This document shows, piece after piece, positions 1-12,393 of a DNA stretch of 64,000 nt; within the stretch, counting starts at the first letter, position 1; every line of letters begins with the position of its first letter. The DNA is from Marsupella aquatica (Eukaryota > Plantae > Marchantiophyta), in the NCBI GenBank assembly GCA_973895155.1, contig OZ316896.1, forward strand, positions 13,248,549-13,312,548, given 5' to 3'. The translations under genes were made by a program, and so were the position numbers. The notes below the pieces were generated by a model. It was not told where the DNA came from and did not search any database. It worked only from the letters and a program-made list of their open reading frames with translations.

Positions 1-2158
1 TATCTATTTGTCAATAAAACACAGAATATAAAGGACAGAGCACACGAGTCTGCTCAAAAAGAGAAGTTTTGTCTCGAGGTAATTTGTGTCTGTTAACAAA
101 AACACTTAGCATAAACACGGCTATATCATTGTCTTTAACTAGTAATATGGGAGTATAATATAATATTTAATTTGTTTATTTCTTTCAAGGAATTGGTATT
201 TTCCAATAAAAACCAGAACATAATAAGGGGCACCCAAAAAGTAAGGTCGGACATCCGGAATGACACTCAGTAACCAGACTAATTTTTTAGATTGTTTCTC
301 TTCTGCCACATTTGCCATGCTAAGAATCTTCTTTATTTATATTAATTTCTGACCTTCAGACCTCCCTAGAGTTCAAGAATACATGTCAGATTATGGTTAA
401 TGGGTACGTGGCTAGGTGGAAAACTGCCAGGTGGAAAACATTGTGAATTTTCTCAAAAGTGACTCAGACTTTTCTGGGAGGTGAAATCTAGCAAATTTGT
501 TCCATCCACAAGAAAGTCCCAATAACCAGTAAAGAATAAGTGGCCCAGAGACGAGCTACTGCCTCACAAACTCTGGAGCAGCTACCGAAATACACTTGCT
601 CAGTGAGGGATACTCAGACATGACATAACTGACAGAGCTCATCATGGTTGCACTTGTTTAGCAGTGATATTTATTATATTTCAAATTGCCAAAAAACAGT
701 ATGCGCCTAACCTAGAGACATGACCCCTCAGGCAAAAACCCTAATCAAGGGAGGAAAAACAAAGGGCCAAAAGTGAGAAAGACCAGGGCAAATATTTGAT
801 TTGTGTCTAGTGGGATTCTGCTAGTTTATTTATGCGCCTTGTCAAAACTGTGTGACTATATATCTGGCTCTCAAGCAAATCTTATTTTCTTACATGTTAA
901 TAGGACGCAAAGCATAGAGATATGGAACCGAGACTAGCAAACAAACCCAGACTGTTCCAGAAGTGCTTTAAAGGTGAGACAAGCATGGGGCTGGTAGTTT
1001 CCACAAAGCTAGAGGAGTTATTAGTTTTGCACCAGGCTTTTGAGGGCTGGAAATGAAACTTTGTGACCAAGCCCATTTGCCCGGTGTCACTGTTTTGAAC
1101 ATGAGAATCTGCTGAGGACACTGCATGGATGCCTTGGCCATTTCCAACCTCTGACCAGTGAAGCTGAAATCCTAGGGCCAGATCCAAAGTAAGCTTGGAA
1201 TACCATAGTGCTGGTAGACACCATGCGACAGCACAAACACGATGCAAACTGCCTGGAAAATGCGTGGTGTAAAAGAAATGTTTTTGAATTGTGTGTAGTT
1301 TTTTTGATACCTGTATCATTGGTTACCACTCATTCAGACAAAGGAATATGTCAAACAGGAAACACATTATATGCACTAGCCCCAACTACCCGTGCTTTGA
1401 ACGTGAATAGCGGGGACTACAGAAAAATGGCACCAAAATATATTCATAATTCACATTCTTTGAAGGTTAATGAAATGATCAAAAACCATCATGCAAATAA
1501 TCATTTTAATAATCAAATATAACATACCATACTCTTTTCTATGCACCCTCGTTCTATGCACATATGTAATGGGAAATAGGAATCATGACAAAAAGTATAC
1601 ATGCTTATCATTTGATATACATCATGGTCATGAGTTTTCTCATCCATATGATGAGCAATGGAGTTGCGATCTAGAGGCTTCACTCTAGAAGCCTAGACCC
1701 CAACTCTAGCTTGTAGTTGACGCATTATAAGTAAGATACACAAAACATACAAAGTAATATGTAACTTTTCTTTAGCAAGAAGTTTTGGGAGAAAATTTTC
1801 TAGAACTTGGGCAATGCAATGAAAGTCCCTTACAACTAAATAACACATTTCCATGGCATGGTGTCAATATTAAACTGCTTCGTCCACTTGAGTCTCATAG
1901 TCACATTTCATGGTCGCCCCAACATTGAATTCATGAATTCCAACATTTGGTTACTATCCCCTAACTCTCATTCTGCAGAGTCTTGGGTTATATTCCCATG
2001 CCATGGTCAACGGTGAAGCCAGTGGAAGGAAGTTAGGATCTAGTCATGAGAATACCTTATTGCCATCTTGGTTCATGCAATAAATATTATACTTCTAGTC
2101 TGTGTGAAACCTAGAAAGAATTTATCAGGTAAGGTTTAAGAATATTATAAGCATTGTG

Positions 2159-2503
2159 TGTTGAGCATAGACGATAATCACAACGGCAAACCCATGAACC
2201 ATCCAACACACAAGAGTCGACACAGAGAGATACGTGGTTCACCTCCACATGAGGCTACGTCCACGGGAACACACATGAGCTTTACTGCACTCTAGGCCGA
2301 CCGGCCATACCAAGCATCCACAGCGCAAGCTCTCTCTATCTCTCAACTAGCTCCGTAACAATGAGCCTGAGTTCCCCCTCTCCAAGCAAACACCGCTTGG
2401 TTATAGAGTGTGCACAGCATGACTAACCTAACCAAGTCTGCGACTAAGGTTAGCCTTAACTACGGTACATTCGTAACTCTAGACCTAAGAGTAAATCCTA
2501 ACA
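2159..2503. mobile_element. Solo LTR of an LTR retrotransposon (probably Ty1/Copia), 345 bp
   Basis: Termini TGTT...AACA with a perfect 5-bp TSD TTGTG (2154-2158 and 2504-2508). The internal GATACGTGGTTCACC...CTACGTCCACGG motif resembles plant Copia LTRs (recalled, not searched). A second copy starts at 58216. Confidence 0.85.
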
Positions 2504-4770
2504 TTGTGGTGTAAACAACTTTTAAGGAAAGTGAAGTTTGGATGGACCACCATGTTGCACACAATGTTCCTATAGACAAAATTTTGGTGGTTGATGAGAG
2601 TTTTGGGCTTATAACTTGATGATTATGAATCTTAATATTATTTTTAGTTTTTCAGCTGCAAGGCAACTAGAGAAAGAGGAGACATTCAAAACACAAGCCC
2701 AAATATTTCACACTATCCCGATGGAAATTAATCTAATAGAATTTACCTCTCCGTATTTCATGATGAATAAGTCAACCAAAATGGCCAAAAGTGTAGCTTA
2801 CCTACTCCTCTAGCACATCCTGAGAACTAAAAATATTTACACTTATGAACATCAAATATATTATTACAATTCAACTCAAAATTTTGAGAAATGTGTTCTA
2901 TTGGGGTTTTCAAAGATCACCATGTGGTCCATGGGAGCATAGTTTTCATTTTTAAGAGTCTACATTGTTTTTCAAATAAAAACATTAAAAATAGGAGGAG
3001 GAGAATGTTCTGGCCTTGTCTTCTTTGTTAAAAGTGAATAAAAATTAATGTTTTGCTCGAACGTGGTGGCACTAAGGTATTTAGCATTGAGTATCATTCT
3101 TTGCTATTTGGTGGGTGTATTTGGGAACATCATTATATGCTAAGGCAATTTCAGTTACAGTGACTGGAACCATCAAGACACAGAAAGTCAATGTCCTTCA
3201 CATTTGGGTACCTTGTTCAATTGGGACATGTCCACCACCATAGCAACTATTCAATGGAAAGGGGGTGGGTTTACACTCAACATACTCACAATAGCGATAT
3301 GGTCCATATGGGTCCATGTGCCCAGCCCTGTGTTTCCTATTGTTGTCAATAATAAATTCTTGTTGATCCTGCTGATCCCTCCAACAATTTCATTGGTCCA
3401 TGTGGGTACAGTTCTTTCTTTTTCATGCTCATGTGGGTACAGTAATTGTACTATCAAACCTTGTTCCCTTGCCAGTTGTCGTTGTGGGCAATTACAGTAA
3501 GTCATTGATTTTCAAAGGGACTACGGGTGGCGTCTAGAAGGTGTGGGGAGATTGTGACCTTTAATGTGGACTTCATGGAAAATGAAATTTGTTGGTGAAG
3601 TCAAGTTCCTCTTCTTAGTAACAGAAGGGATGGGAATGGAACTCTTTACACACAAAGGAGTGCTGAAATGGACTCTCCCATGAACCTTGCAACCAGGACG
3701 GACCAGATTCTGTTAGACCACAAAAGTTTGGTTACTTGTAAGACTAAAAAAATGCTGTCTGAGTCCACAACAGGTTTTTCTGTGGCCATCTAGTGCTCAT
3801 CCATCCATGCATTTTGTCAAACATCTAGGTCCATGGGGGATTCAGAGCACATATAGCTCTAGTTATATAGCATCTCCTTTCACATGAGTGGATGCTATAT
3901 GTGGGTAGTTTTAAGAATGAGAAAACATCATGCCATAAATGTAGGCATGAAATACACACATGTCGAGATATCTTGAGATAGCACCCCCAGCCACAAAAAT
4001 GTTGCCAAAGAGAAACATCACATTCATGAATAAGAAAGCAGTTGAAAGTTTGTTCACACTGGACATGAGATAGCAACCTTGGTCAAAAAATGCTCTATCA
4101 CAAAATTGTCACACCTGCAACAAAATGAGACTGGCTAACTCCTTGAAAGTATGTGCAATAAATTATCTATGCCAGAAATGACGAAACGGATTGAGACTAT
4201 AGAAGTTAATTTCATAAATCACATCTAAGCTTCATGTAAAGCTTCTACAGCATGGCCCTGATGAAGCATTGGATGTACCTGAGAAGACCTAAAGGTGTTG
4301 GAGATCTGTGGAAGGCAGGGAATGAGGAAAAGCAAGTTGAGTTAGCTGACGAGGAAGTTGTGATGTAATGAACAACAAGGACAGTTTGAATGTTTCAAGG
4401 AAGAATAAGGTTGACCATGGTAAAGGGGGTGGTCAGTATTTGTTAACCTCATTCAGCAGGCTCTTCCATCAGTTGTTGGTGGCAGCATGTTGAATTAGAA
4501 AACTCTACCAGGTACTGCCATCAGTTAAATTAGGTTTTAAGCTGACGTTGCTGAATCAATTTCACTTGCGGACTTGCCAAGTTGCAAAATTTTCACTTGG
4601 CTAACCTCATTGAATCACTTTTTTTTAATTAAAGCCTCATCAAACTAAAATCTCTAGGGAAAAAATCCACTAGTTGAGTCACTTTTCCTATATGCAGGCC
4701 CCTGCTGAGTAGGAAAGTTCCATATGCAAATGACTGATCAGAGTGACTGAGACTTGATATTGGTTACTAA

Positions 4771-4806
4771 CCCAGCGACTAATAACGTCCCAGCGACTAA
4801 TAACGT
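4771..4806. repeat. 18-bp tandem duplication
   Basis: CCCAGCGACTAATAACGT x2. Confidence 0.9.
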
Positions 4807-4968
4807 TTGCCCCACTTCTTCCTTCCACATGTGTGCAACTGTCTTCTTCAGTGAACATCTAGCAATGAACTTCCTCCTCCCTTTCGCCCACTATGTCGTC
4901 ATTTTTATTTGAACTTTGCTTGCCATTTGCTCATAAATGCTCAGGTAAAATGCTCAGGTAAAATGAGT

Positions 4969-5027
4969 ATGCCTTGACAACCTGAGCTAAAGTTGACCTA
5001 ATACTTTAGCTCAGGTTGTCAAGGCAT
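4969..5027. repeat. Perfect inverted repeat, 25-bp arms with a 9-nt loop
   Basis: ATGCCTTGACAACCTGAGCTAAAGT (4969-4993) is the exact reverse complement of 5003-5027. Confidence 0.95.
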
Positions 5028-5981
5028 TGGGCCCTGAATTGAAAGGCCTCAGCTGCAATTTGCATCTGCAGGGTTGCTGAGTGGGAAGAGTGGGGTGCTT
5101 AAGAGACATGACACCAGATATTCAGGCTGTGTTCGTGTCTGGTAGAAGCCCAACGGTCAACATTTATACTCTTGCTTTACCTTCACATTTGCACTGCTGC
5201 CTTCCATGTGTGTCATCTTGGTCCTTGTGTGCCTCTCATCCTGTCCAGGCTTTTTGGGTTACTTGTGTTACCAGTTCCTAAACCACAAGTTTGGGGGCGA
5301 TCTATTGCACAAAACATTGACTGCATCGAAGAATAGTTCTTAGCTTTAAAAAGCGAAAACAATGTTTTTAGGATACTAGGGAGCTATTATCGAAAGAGAA
5401 CCTACAAGGTACGTCTAGTGTTCAACCAGCAAATGAATAAGCGTACTTTTATAGTGGCAGCTGTGGTTTAATAAATTTAGATGTGTTTTCCTTGTCGGAC
5501 ACCTATAGCTCAGTTGCACGGCTGCTTGTGGAGGGCGGGATTGCCCTTTTCCTATCATTAAGAGTTAAACTAAGTTCACACTCTCCTTGTATGGGCCCAT
5601 GTGATGGGCATGTGTATCTTGTGGGTCCTTTTCAGAACATATCCCTTAGTGGGCGGCCCTATATGCAAAGGATCCCATCCCACTTTTACATTGTGGGCCA
5701 AGAACCAGAGGCTTAGAGTCAAGAAAAACCAGTTCCCTTTTCTTGGGTCAACTGGGGAAAACCAACTTCCTAAATATCCAATTTCCTAGCATGGGGAGGG
5801 CTTGACTTTTTTGCCTTTTTCTGTCATGGCATTGGTCTAAACCCATAAAGTGAACTCCAACTCTTAGCCAAAGTCCACGTAAGCAAACTACATATATCCT
5901 AACTTGGCTAAGTCCTTGTGACTAACCGTTCAACTTCTCTTCTTTTATCTCTATTTCTCCATAGCACACCTTGTCCACAAC

Positions 5982-6098
5982 TAGTGCTACTCATTCCAAT
6001 TCCAGTGTAACCAATTGTCTGTGACACAGATGAGATAGTGCTACTCATTCCAATTCCAGTGTAACCAATTGTCTGTGACACAGATGAGATAGTGCTAC
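5982..6098. repeat. ~54-bp perfect tandem duplication
   Basis: TAGTGCTACTCATTCCAATTCCAGTGTAACCAATTGTCTGTGACACAGATGAGA x2 plus a partial third copy. Confidence 0.9.
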
Positions 6099-8989
6099 CA
6101 GAATTTTGAAAACTTGTATTTTAAGCAATTGTTTTTTGCCCAATGAAAAACAAAGATGGGTGCCTCAGGAAAGTACTTGGCTGGAGCATTATTGAAATAT
6201 ATCCCTATTCTCCTCGTATCGTCATTAACACTAATTAGATACACAAAATTTCACACTCCTACTAATTACATGCACAAAATTCACACACACGAATTACAGG
6301 CCAGCAGTGAGGGATGTACAATTTCAACGAAAACAAATCCCTCTGAATTCTGGAAGACCTAGCCGGCCATATGTCAGGCATAGTTATGTCAGCTCGATAT
6401 GTGGAAAGGGATGTCTCCTTTTTCTTTCTAAATCTAACCCATCGCCCGAGGTCTTCTCCTCACTGGGGCAAGAAAGCACTCAATGTAGTCTGGTAGGCTA
6501 CTTCTATGGCGTAGGGAGACCTACCAAGTTGGCCCACCAATGCAAGTACTAGTGTCATTAATAAAAAAGACAAGACTCGAAAAGCTGCTGGCAAAGTACA
6601 TTGCAGGCCGCAAAGGCATTCAATGTCTTATTATAATACATCTCCATTTTTGTTATGGATGTCTCTATGTGATGTGGGTGGGGCACATTGGAACATGCCC
6701 TTCAATCCAATCCAGCTAAGTCACCACTTTTTGATGTCGAGATCCACGCTCAGATCTTCCACTCTCTTCCTCGGTTAGCCCAATTCTCTCATTTGAAACT
6801 CTGCAAGGCAAATTCTGGAGAAGAGATCAGGGAAAACTCACCTCCAGCTGCCCACTGGGTCCACTTATTCAATGCTGCTCATTATGTTATGTAGAAAGTG
6901 AAGATATGTGGGTGTATGAGTTACATTTTTGAATGTTACTTTTTATTTGTGCAGATGTAGAGTTTTGTGGGTGCAGAGTTTGCTTGACAATAGCCAGAGA
7001 GCAGGGTTTGCTTGACAACAGCCAACAAGCATAGCCAGCTGAGCGTTTTCATTGAGGCAAGTGAAAACAGTATAAGTCAAACTTATTTCATAAACCCTCA
7101 TCACAAAAGTGGTGTTTCACCCCAGCACTTTAGACACAAAAGACTTCACACTTGAAATAATTAGAGATCACCCAAATGCAAACTGGCAAGGAGCAGCATG
7201 TAAAAGTGGGACCAGAGTCGATGTACTCGATGAGTTTCCTAGAACAGCCACCAGCCAAGGGGATACAATAAATGAGTTTTCTAGAACAGTCACCTGAATC
7301 AAGGCAAAAGGATCTTTCTTCACCCACCTTTGCAAGAGAATGATTTCGTTTGTACTCCATGAGTGTTTGCGGGAGGAGGCCAATCTTTCTCGACAGGGCA
7401 CTCAAGTGCATTCTGGACACAGCCGGGCCATGTTGAAAATTCCCATTCAGGAACACTCCACGTTGTGACGAAATCTCCTATACAATTCGCTTTCCTTTCT
7501 TTTCTCTTCACGAACTGACCTGTCTCCACTTTGCTGACATAGTTGTTCACACCTTGGATTTCTAGAATGATGGTGTGAACTGTGAAGTGTAAAGCCACAT
7601 TATTCCCAACCAGGTTGGATCCACACATTTGCATTCACTCTCAGAGGAATGTTACCCCTGAGAAATCAGTTACCAAAGTAGGTCTAGTCAGAAATGGGGC
7701 TCATCCTGACCACTTTTTTTTTAGTCAAAATTTCAAGTACATATAATCTAGAAATACTTTTGGTGACAGAAACGAGAGGGAAGAGCAGAGACTTTTCCCC
7801 CCACTTTGTCAAATCCTTGTCTAGTTAAGAGGATAAATCATCAGATCTAAAGGTTCTCCCTAAATCTAGGGAAAGGGAACAATTCACATGCATATGACAG
7901 AAACTAAGTCCCAAGAAAGGAGAGAAGTAGCCGCTCACACTCCTTTCCTAAATGAGAGGGAAATGGTTGACCACAAATGAACACTCCTTTCCCAAAATGA
8001 GAGAAAACCCACTCCATATTTGGAAAACAATCTTCGAGAAATGTTCTTTTCATCTCATAAAGTATACCTTCACAAGTAAAGGTTTCTAAGCCAGCAGATC
8101 CATACGTCATCAGGATCCCCAAGTAAGAAAATTGTTGCTTGAAGCCATTGCTTTGTCTAGCATACTGGTAATTAAGTTTGTGCAAAACCAATTAAATGAT
8201 TGTTTGTTTGTTTCGGGAAATGCAGAGATTAAATCCCATGCAAAAACTATACACATGTCAAATTTCCCAAGAAAGGCTGCTATCTGTTGCCATTGGGTGC
8301 AAGCACATGTTTTTGTTAAATGTAAGCAAATAACCAGAAATCATCAGAAAAAGTTTTTGATTGGGAAACTTTCATGGATACCCACAAAAGTTTGAAAGGA
8401 AGTAAAAATGACTTTTTGCATTTGAAAATGACAAACCAAGTTTCCACTCAGGTAACCACACTGAATTTTTCAGTGCTGTCCTCCATAGATCCAAGCACTC
8501 TCAAAAGTTTCTTTATGAGCGCCATCATTATCTTTCCCCCTTACAATTAGGGCTGATGGAGAAAAACCTCCAGCTGAGATCTTAGTTTCATAGTTGTAGA
8601 GGAAGCTTTTCCCATAAATTGATTACTATTTCTTCAGGAGGGTTGTTGTTTTGACTGTATGACAGATGGATTGGATCACAACCAATGTGGCAAGGTGGGA
8701 TACTGCAATGCAAGACTTTGATTTTGACACTACCATATGGTGCATATTAGTTATATGGGAAATATTTGTTTCAGTCTCCCAATCTCCTCTTTTTTGGGTA
8801 GTATTTTAATTTTGGCCTATGTGGACTGTCTTCATTGTTATTGTTTCCAGTCCACATTGGCCAAAATTAAGTGATCCCCCTCTTTGTTTTATCATTCCTT
8901 TCTCTGACGATGTACACCCTCCTAACCCTTTCTCGTTTTTAGTAGTTAGTTTGCAAGTTTTCATGCTTTGAATCCTAATTAAAATACTA

Positions 8990-9083
8990 TTGCTGAGGGC
9001 AGGACTCGAGCCCTCACACTTTCAGGCTCGAGCCCTCTACTTTTCAGTCCCAAATGAAAGGCCAACACCAATGCACTACACAA
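8990..9083 (-). pseudogene. Degenerate tRNA-like sequence or SINE head
   Basis: The minus strand reads TAGTGCATTGGT (A-box-like) ... GGGCTCGAGTCCTGCCCTCAGCAA (B-box/T-arm-like). The stems are degenerate, so this is not a functional tRNA. Confidence 0.3.
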
Positions 9084-9248
9084 TAATTGTGATTAATTTC
9101 CTGCTATTATATCTACTTCATAAGATTTATGATCCTACTATAGCCCAGTCCCACTTGAAAGGCCAATACCAATGCAATGCACAATAATTGTAATTAAATT
9201 TCCTGCTGTTATATCTAGTTAATAAGATTTATGATCCTACCATGGCCC
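9045..9248. repeat. ~100-bp imperfect tandem duplication
   Basis: CAGTCCCA..TGAAAGGCCAA.ACCAATGCA...ATAAGATTTATGATCCTAC occurs twice head-to-tail. Confidence 0.85.
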
Positions 9249-10379
9249 GAATGCCCTGCCCATGCCTCCTTACCTTCGGCACATAGATCGAGACTGTTGT
9301 GCCTCGATTCTCCCCCGTGGTCACCATTTGAAACGTTATAATAACCTCATAGTCATTTTCATAATTTTCCACAAAAGTATTGTTTGAATAAATTTAAATA
9401 TGAATAATAACAGGACCTTAATATCCTTTTTCGAATATATTGAAATATGGGTATATGGCAATGGACCTCCCTTGTTCATTTGCTGTTTCGGCTCTTCTTT
9501 TTCTGGTGGGCACCTTTTGGTTGTTGTTGGTGGACTCAATCTTTTGTGTCAGGATTGAATGGGTCGCAAAGCTTGTTCGATCCAATGAAAAGGATGCAGA
9601 ATTGCAACGCCCAATGGGTTCATTCTAGATTTCTAGATCATAGCGTATTGCTGAACGTTGTTCTTGATTCTTCACATTTTTTATTTGTTTTGTATTTGTA
9701 TTAAAAATTTCTGGATGGCCGTTAAAATATATCACGGTTATAAAATTTGATCAGTCTATTTCTCTCGAGTGGTGTGTTGATATCTAAGCAAGATAGTGTT
9801 TGTAAAATGTTGCCTCATATAAAGCTCGGAATTTCATTTACTCCCATTTCCCTAACACTAATTGAACAGTGTAAACACGAATATGTTTCATTGTTTCACC
9901 TGAATTGGTGTAAGTAGCACCAATCCCAATGAACACTGTAATTGGCCAGGTTGGTAAATAATATAGAGCCACACCCGTTACACATTTCGACACAGGGTAA
10001 ACTTACCACTATAGTGCCATCTGGGTCCCCATATCAAAAAATAATTATCAAAAGCTTAGGCACAACTTACCAAACATTCATCTAAAATACAGGAATATTC
10101 TAAAACAATATGGTGCAACCCTGACTCTCAAGTCTTTACAATATCTACAGTACTTTAATACTTACTGTCACAGTGCAGTCTCGGTTCGCTCAAACGAATT
10201 ATATATTATTATTTTGGGCCCAAGTTACCAAATATTCGTCTAAATTCTAAGAAGATTCTAAAACAGGCTGGTCTAAACACTGATTTGCTAGTGCACCAAC
10301 TTATTTTTTAAACTTCGGAAATGAGTCTGCAATGTGAAAACTGGAGAATAATGTTCTGACTTCGCCTTATTTCCCAAAC

Positions 10380-11300
10380 GTCGTTATTTAATGTTGCGCA
10401 GGTCCTGCGCGAGCCGAGATGGCACTGGGTATATACCTGACGCAGTGCAGAACGGATTATTAAGTACACAAACACCGAATTAATTGTGGACTCCGTTCGA
10501 GAGAATGATTACATCCACGGCCTGCATGGCATTTGTGGCGGGAATCCGAAAGGCCGCTTTGGAATGTGAAGTGGATTAATTAGGCCATTTCAATGCCCTG
10601 GTTACCCTAAACGAGAGCCGTAATGACGTCGTTACTACCGTTGAACGAGCAAGTCGATGACTGGTCGCGATGCCGACGTACGTGAGGTACGGGAGACAAG
10701 CAGACAGGGGCGATGAGTCACCTCCCCATCAGTGTCGATGACGGCTTGTCGCCGGCCGGCAGGCAGGGGGAAAGTCGCCGGCTGTCGGGACCCTTTTCGC
10801 GACATGGCGTTGTTTCGCCGTGGCTGAGAACGGGCAGAGATGGACGGTGGAGATGGGGACACCGGAGAGGCCTCGCCGTACGCGAGTGGGAGCGTCGAGA
10901 TCGGACCGCTGTCAGCAGAGTGCGGACGATCATGCTTCCAGGCGCGAATCCGGGGATATGGATTCTTGCGGAATAGGAACAGTACGCTACACTCCTTGTA
11001 ATGCGGAATAATGTCGTGGGCGCTGCGTTTTCGAGACCAGTGATGATGACGCGATTACTGTAACCACGCTTTCCACTTTTGGAGCCTGTGTAGAAAAGGT
11101 TCGTACAGTCGGGTCCGTGGTGAGCGAGCCATCAGCCATCGCATCGCATCGCCCCCCCCTCCGGGGCGTGGTCGTGAGTCACTGAGTAGCGACCGGAGTT
11201 CGAAAAGGCTGTGACTCTGCTGTGTGTCTTGTTCCCTCAATCGCCCCCAAAGGCGATGACTAGGGTTTGAGGTCTGGGACGCTTGCTAATCCACTCCTCT
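10380..11300. promoter_or_regulatory. Isolated CpG/GC-rich island, candidate regulatory element
   Basis: Abundant CpG inside CpG-depleted flanks. Contains TATATA (10430), TGACGTC (10624), several TGTCNN sites and a telo-box TAGGGTTT (~11261). No recognisable ORF. Confidence 0.4.
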
Positions 11301-11539
11301 CTATCCGTGATCACGTTTTCATCACACATTTTTTGGGGGAGGGGGAGTTGGGATTTAGGGCTGTCTTGCATGTCCCATAGTCTTAAAAATGTGGTCCTTA
11401 TGACCCGTGAATTGTCGGCAAAAAGTGACATACAGAATTTGCACACAATTGGCTGAGGCAAAGTATCTCAGTTTGTTTTGTATGAGTTTGCAAGGTCAGG
11501 AGTTTGTATGAGTTTGCAATTGTTCAGCCATGAGGACTA

Positions 11540-12393
11540 GTGTCTTCCCCGAACACAATGCCCAGGGCTGTGTTCGAATATGAGATTTTTAGGGTCCTAA
11601 AAGGAAAAAATTGTTTTTCTTCAAACACAGCATCGTATTAACACAACGCCCGGGCATTGTGTTCGAAGTTGGATCTGTGTTTGAATAGTTGGCGTTGTGT
11701 TTGAAATTGCACCCGTATTTGAGAGATTTGAAGTTGGCATTGTGTTCAAAATTACACCCTGTGTTTGAAAGAGATACTATTTTGTGTATCTTGCTACATT
11801 TGAAGCTGAAACAAAACTGAACAAAAAAAAGTTGTCCATATCTGTAGCAATAATAGCAACAATTTCTGGAGCAAAAGCTCAGACACACGTACTCGACTGA
11901 AAGGGCACTCAACAACTTTATCTCCTTGTGAACTTCTTTTGTGAATATGCGCATAGCACAAAGTTAGAAATCAGATAATGATCTCTAAACTCCTATTTTG
12001 ACTTATCTCCTAAAAATAGGTTCACCAAATTTGTGACAGGCTTTCCTTTTGATAATAGTATAGAGATCCTCTTGGCCGTCTTGGATCTCTTCCCTTCTGT
12101 AATTTCAGTGTTTGAATTATTTACACATTTCTTTAAGACATCAGTTCTGTATATGACTTTTATTTGTGCTTACACCATAAATCAATCTCCTAGCCTTATA
12201 CACAATGCCTGAACTCAAACACAATGTCAAACTCAAACACAACGCCATTTTTCAAATATAGCGCCACAAGTGAAAAAATCCAAAACCTTGTGACAAAATT
12301 TGAACACAATGCCTAGGGGGCTATATTCAAATATAGTGCCCCATGGCCCACTATTCGAATATAGCGCCTGGGCGTTGTGTTGGGGGAAGACGG
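11540..12393. mobile_element. Non-autonomous TIR DNA transposon (Tc1/mariner-pogo-like), 854 bp
   Basis: ~40-bp imperfect TIRs ((C)CGTCTTCCCC.AACACAA.GCCCAGG...TTCGAATA) flanked by TA on both sides (11538-39 and 12394-95). Subterminal TTGTGTTTGAA/TTCAAACACAA repeats. A homologous copy starts at 38687. Confidence 0.75.

Noticed and set aside
10430-10800. Telomerase RNA candidate (ACCCTAAAC at 10604-10612 downstream of TATATA)
   Set aside because: No convincing USE at Pol III spacing, no recognisable P1, pseudoknot or CR4/5 motifs and only a weak T-run terminator. A 9-mer match is plausible by chance. A covariance-model search would settle it.
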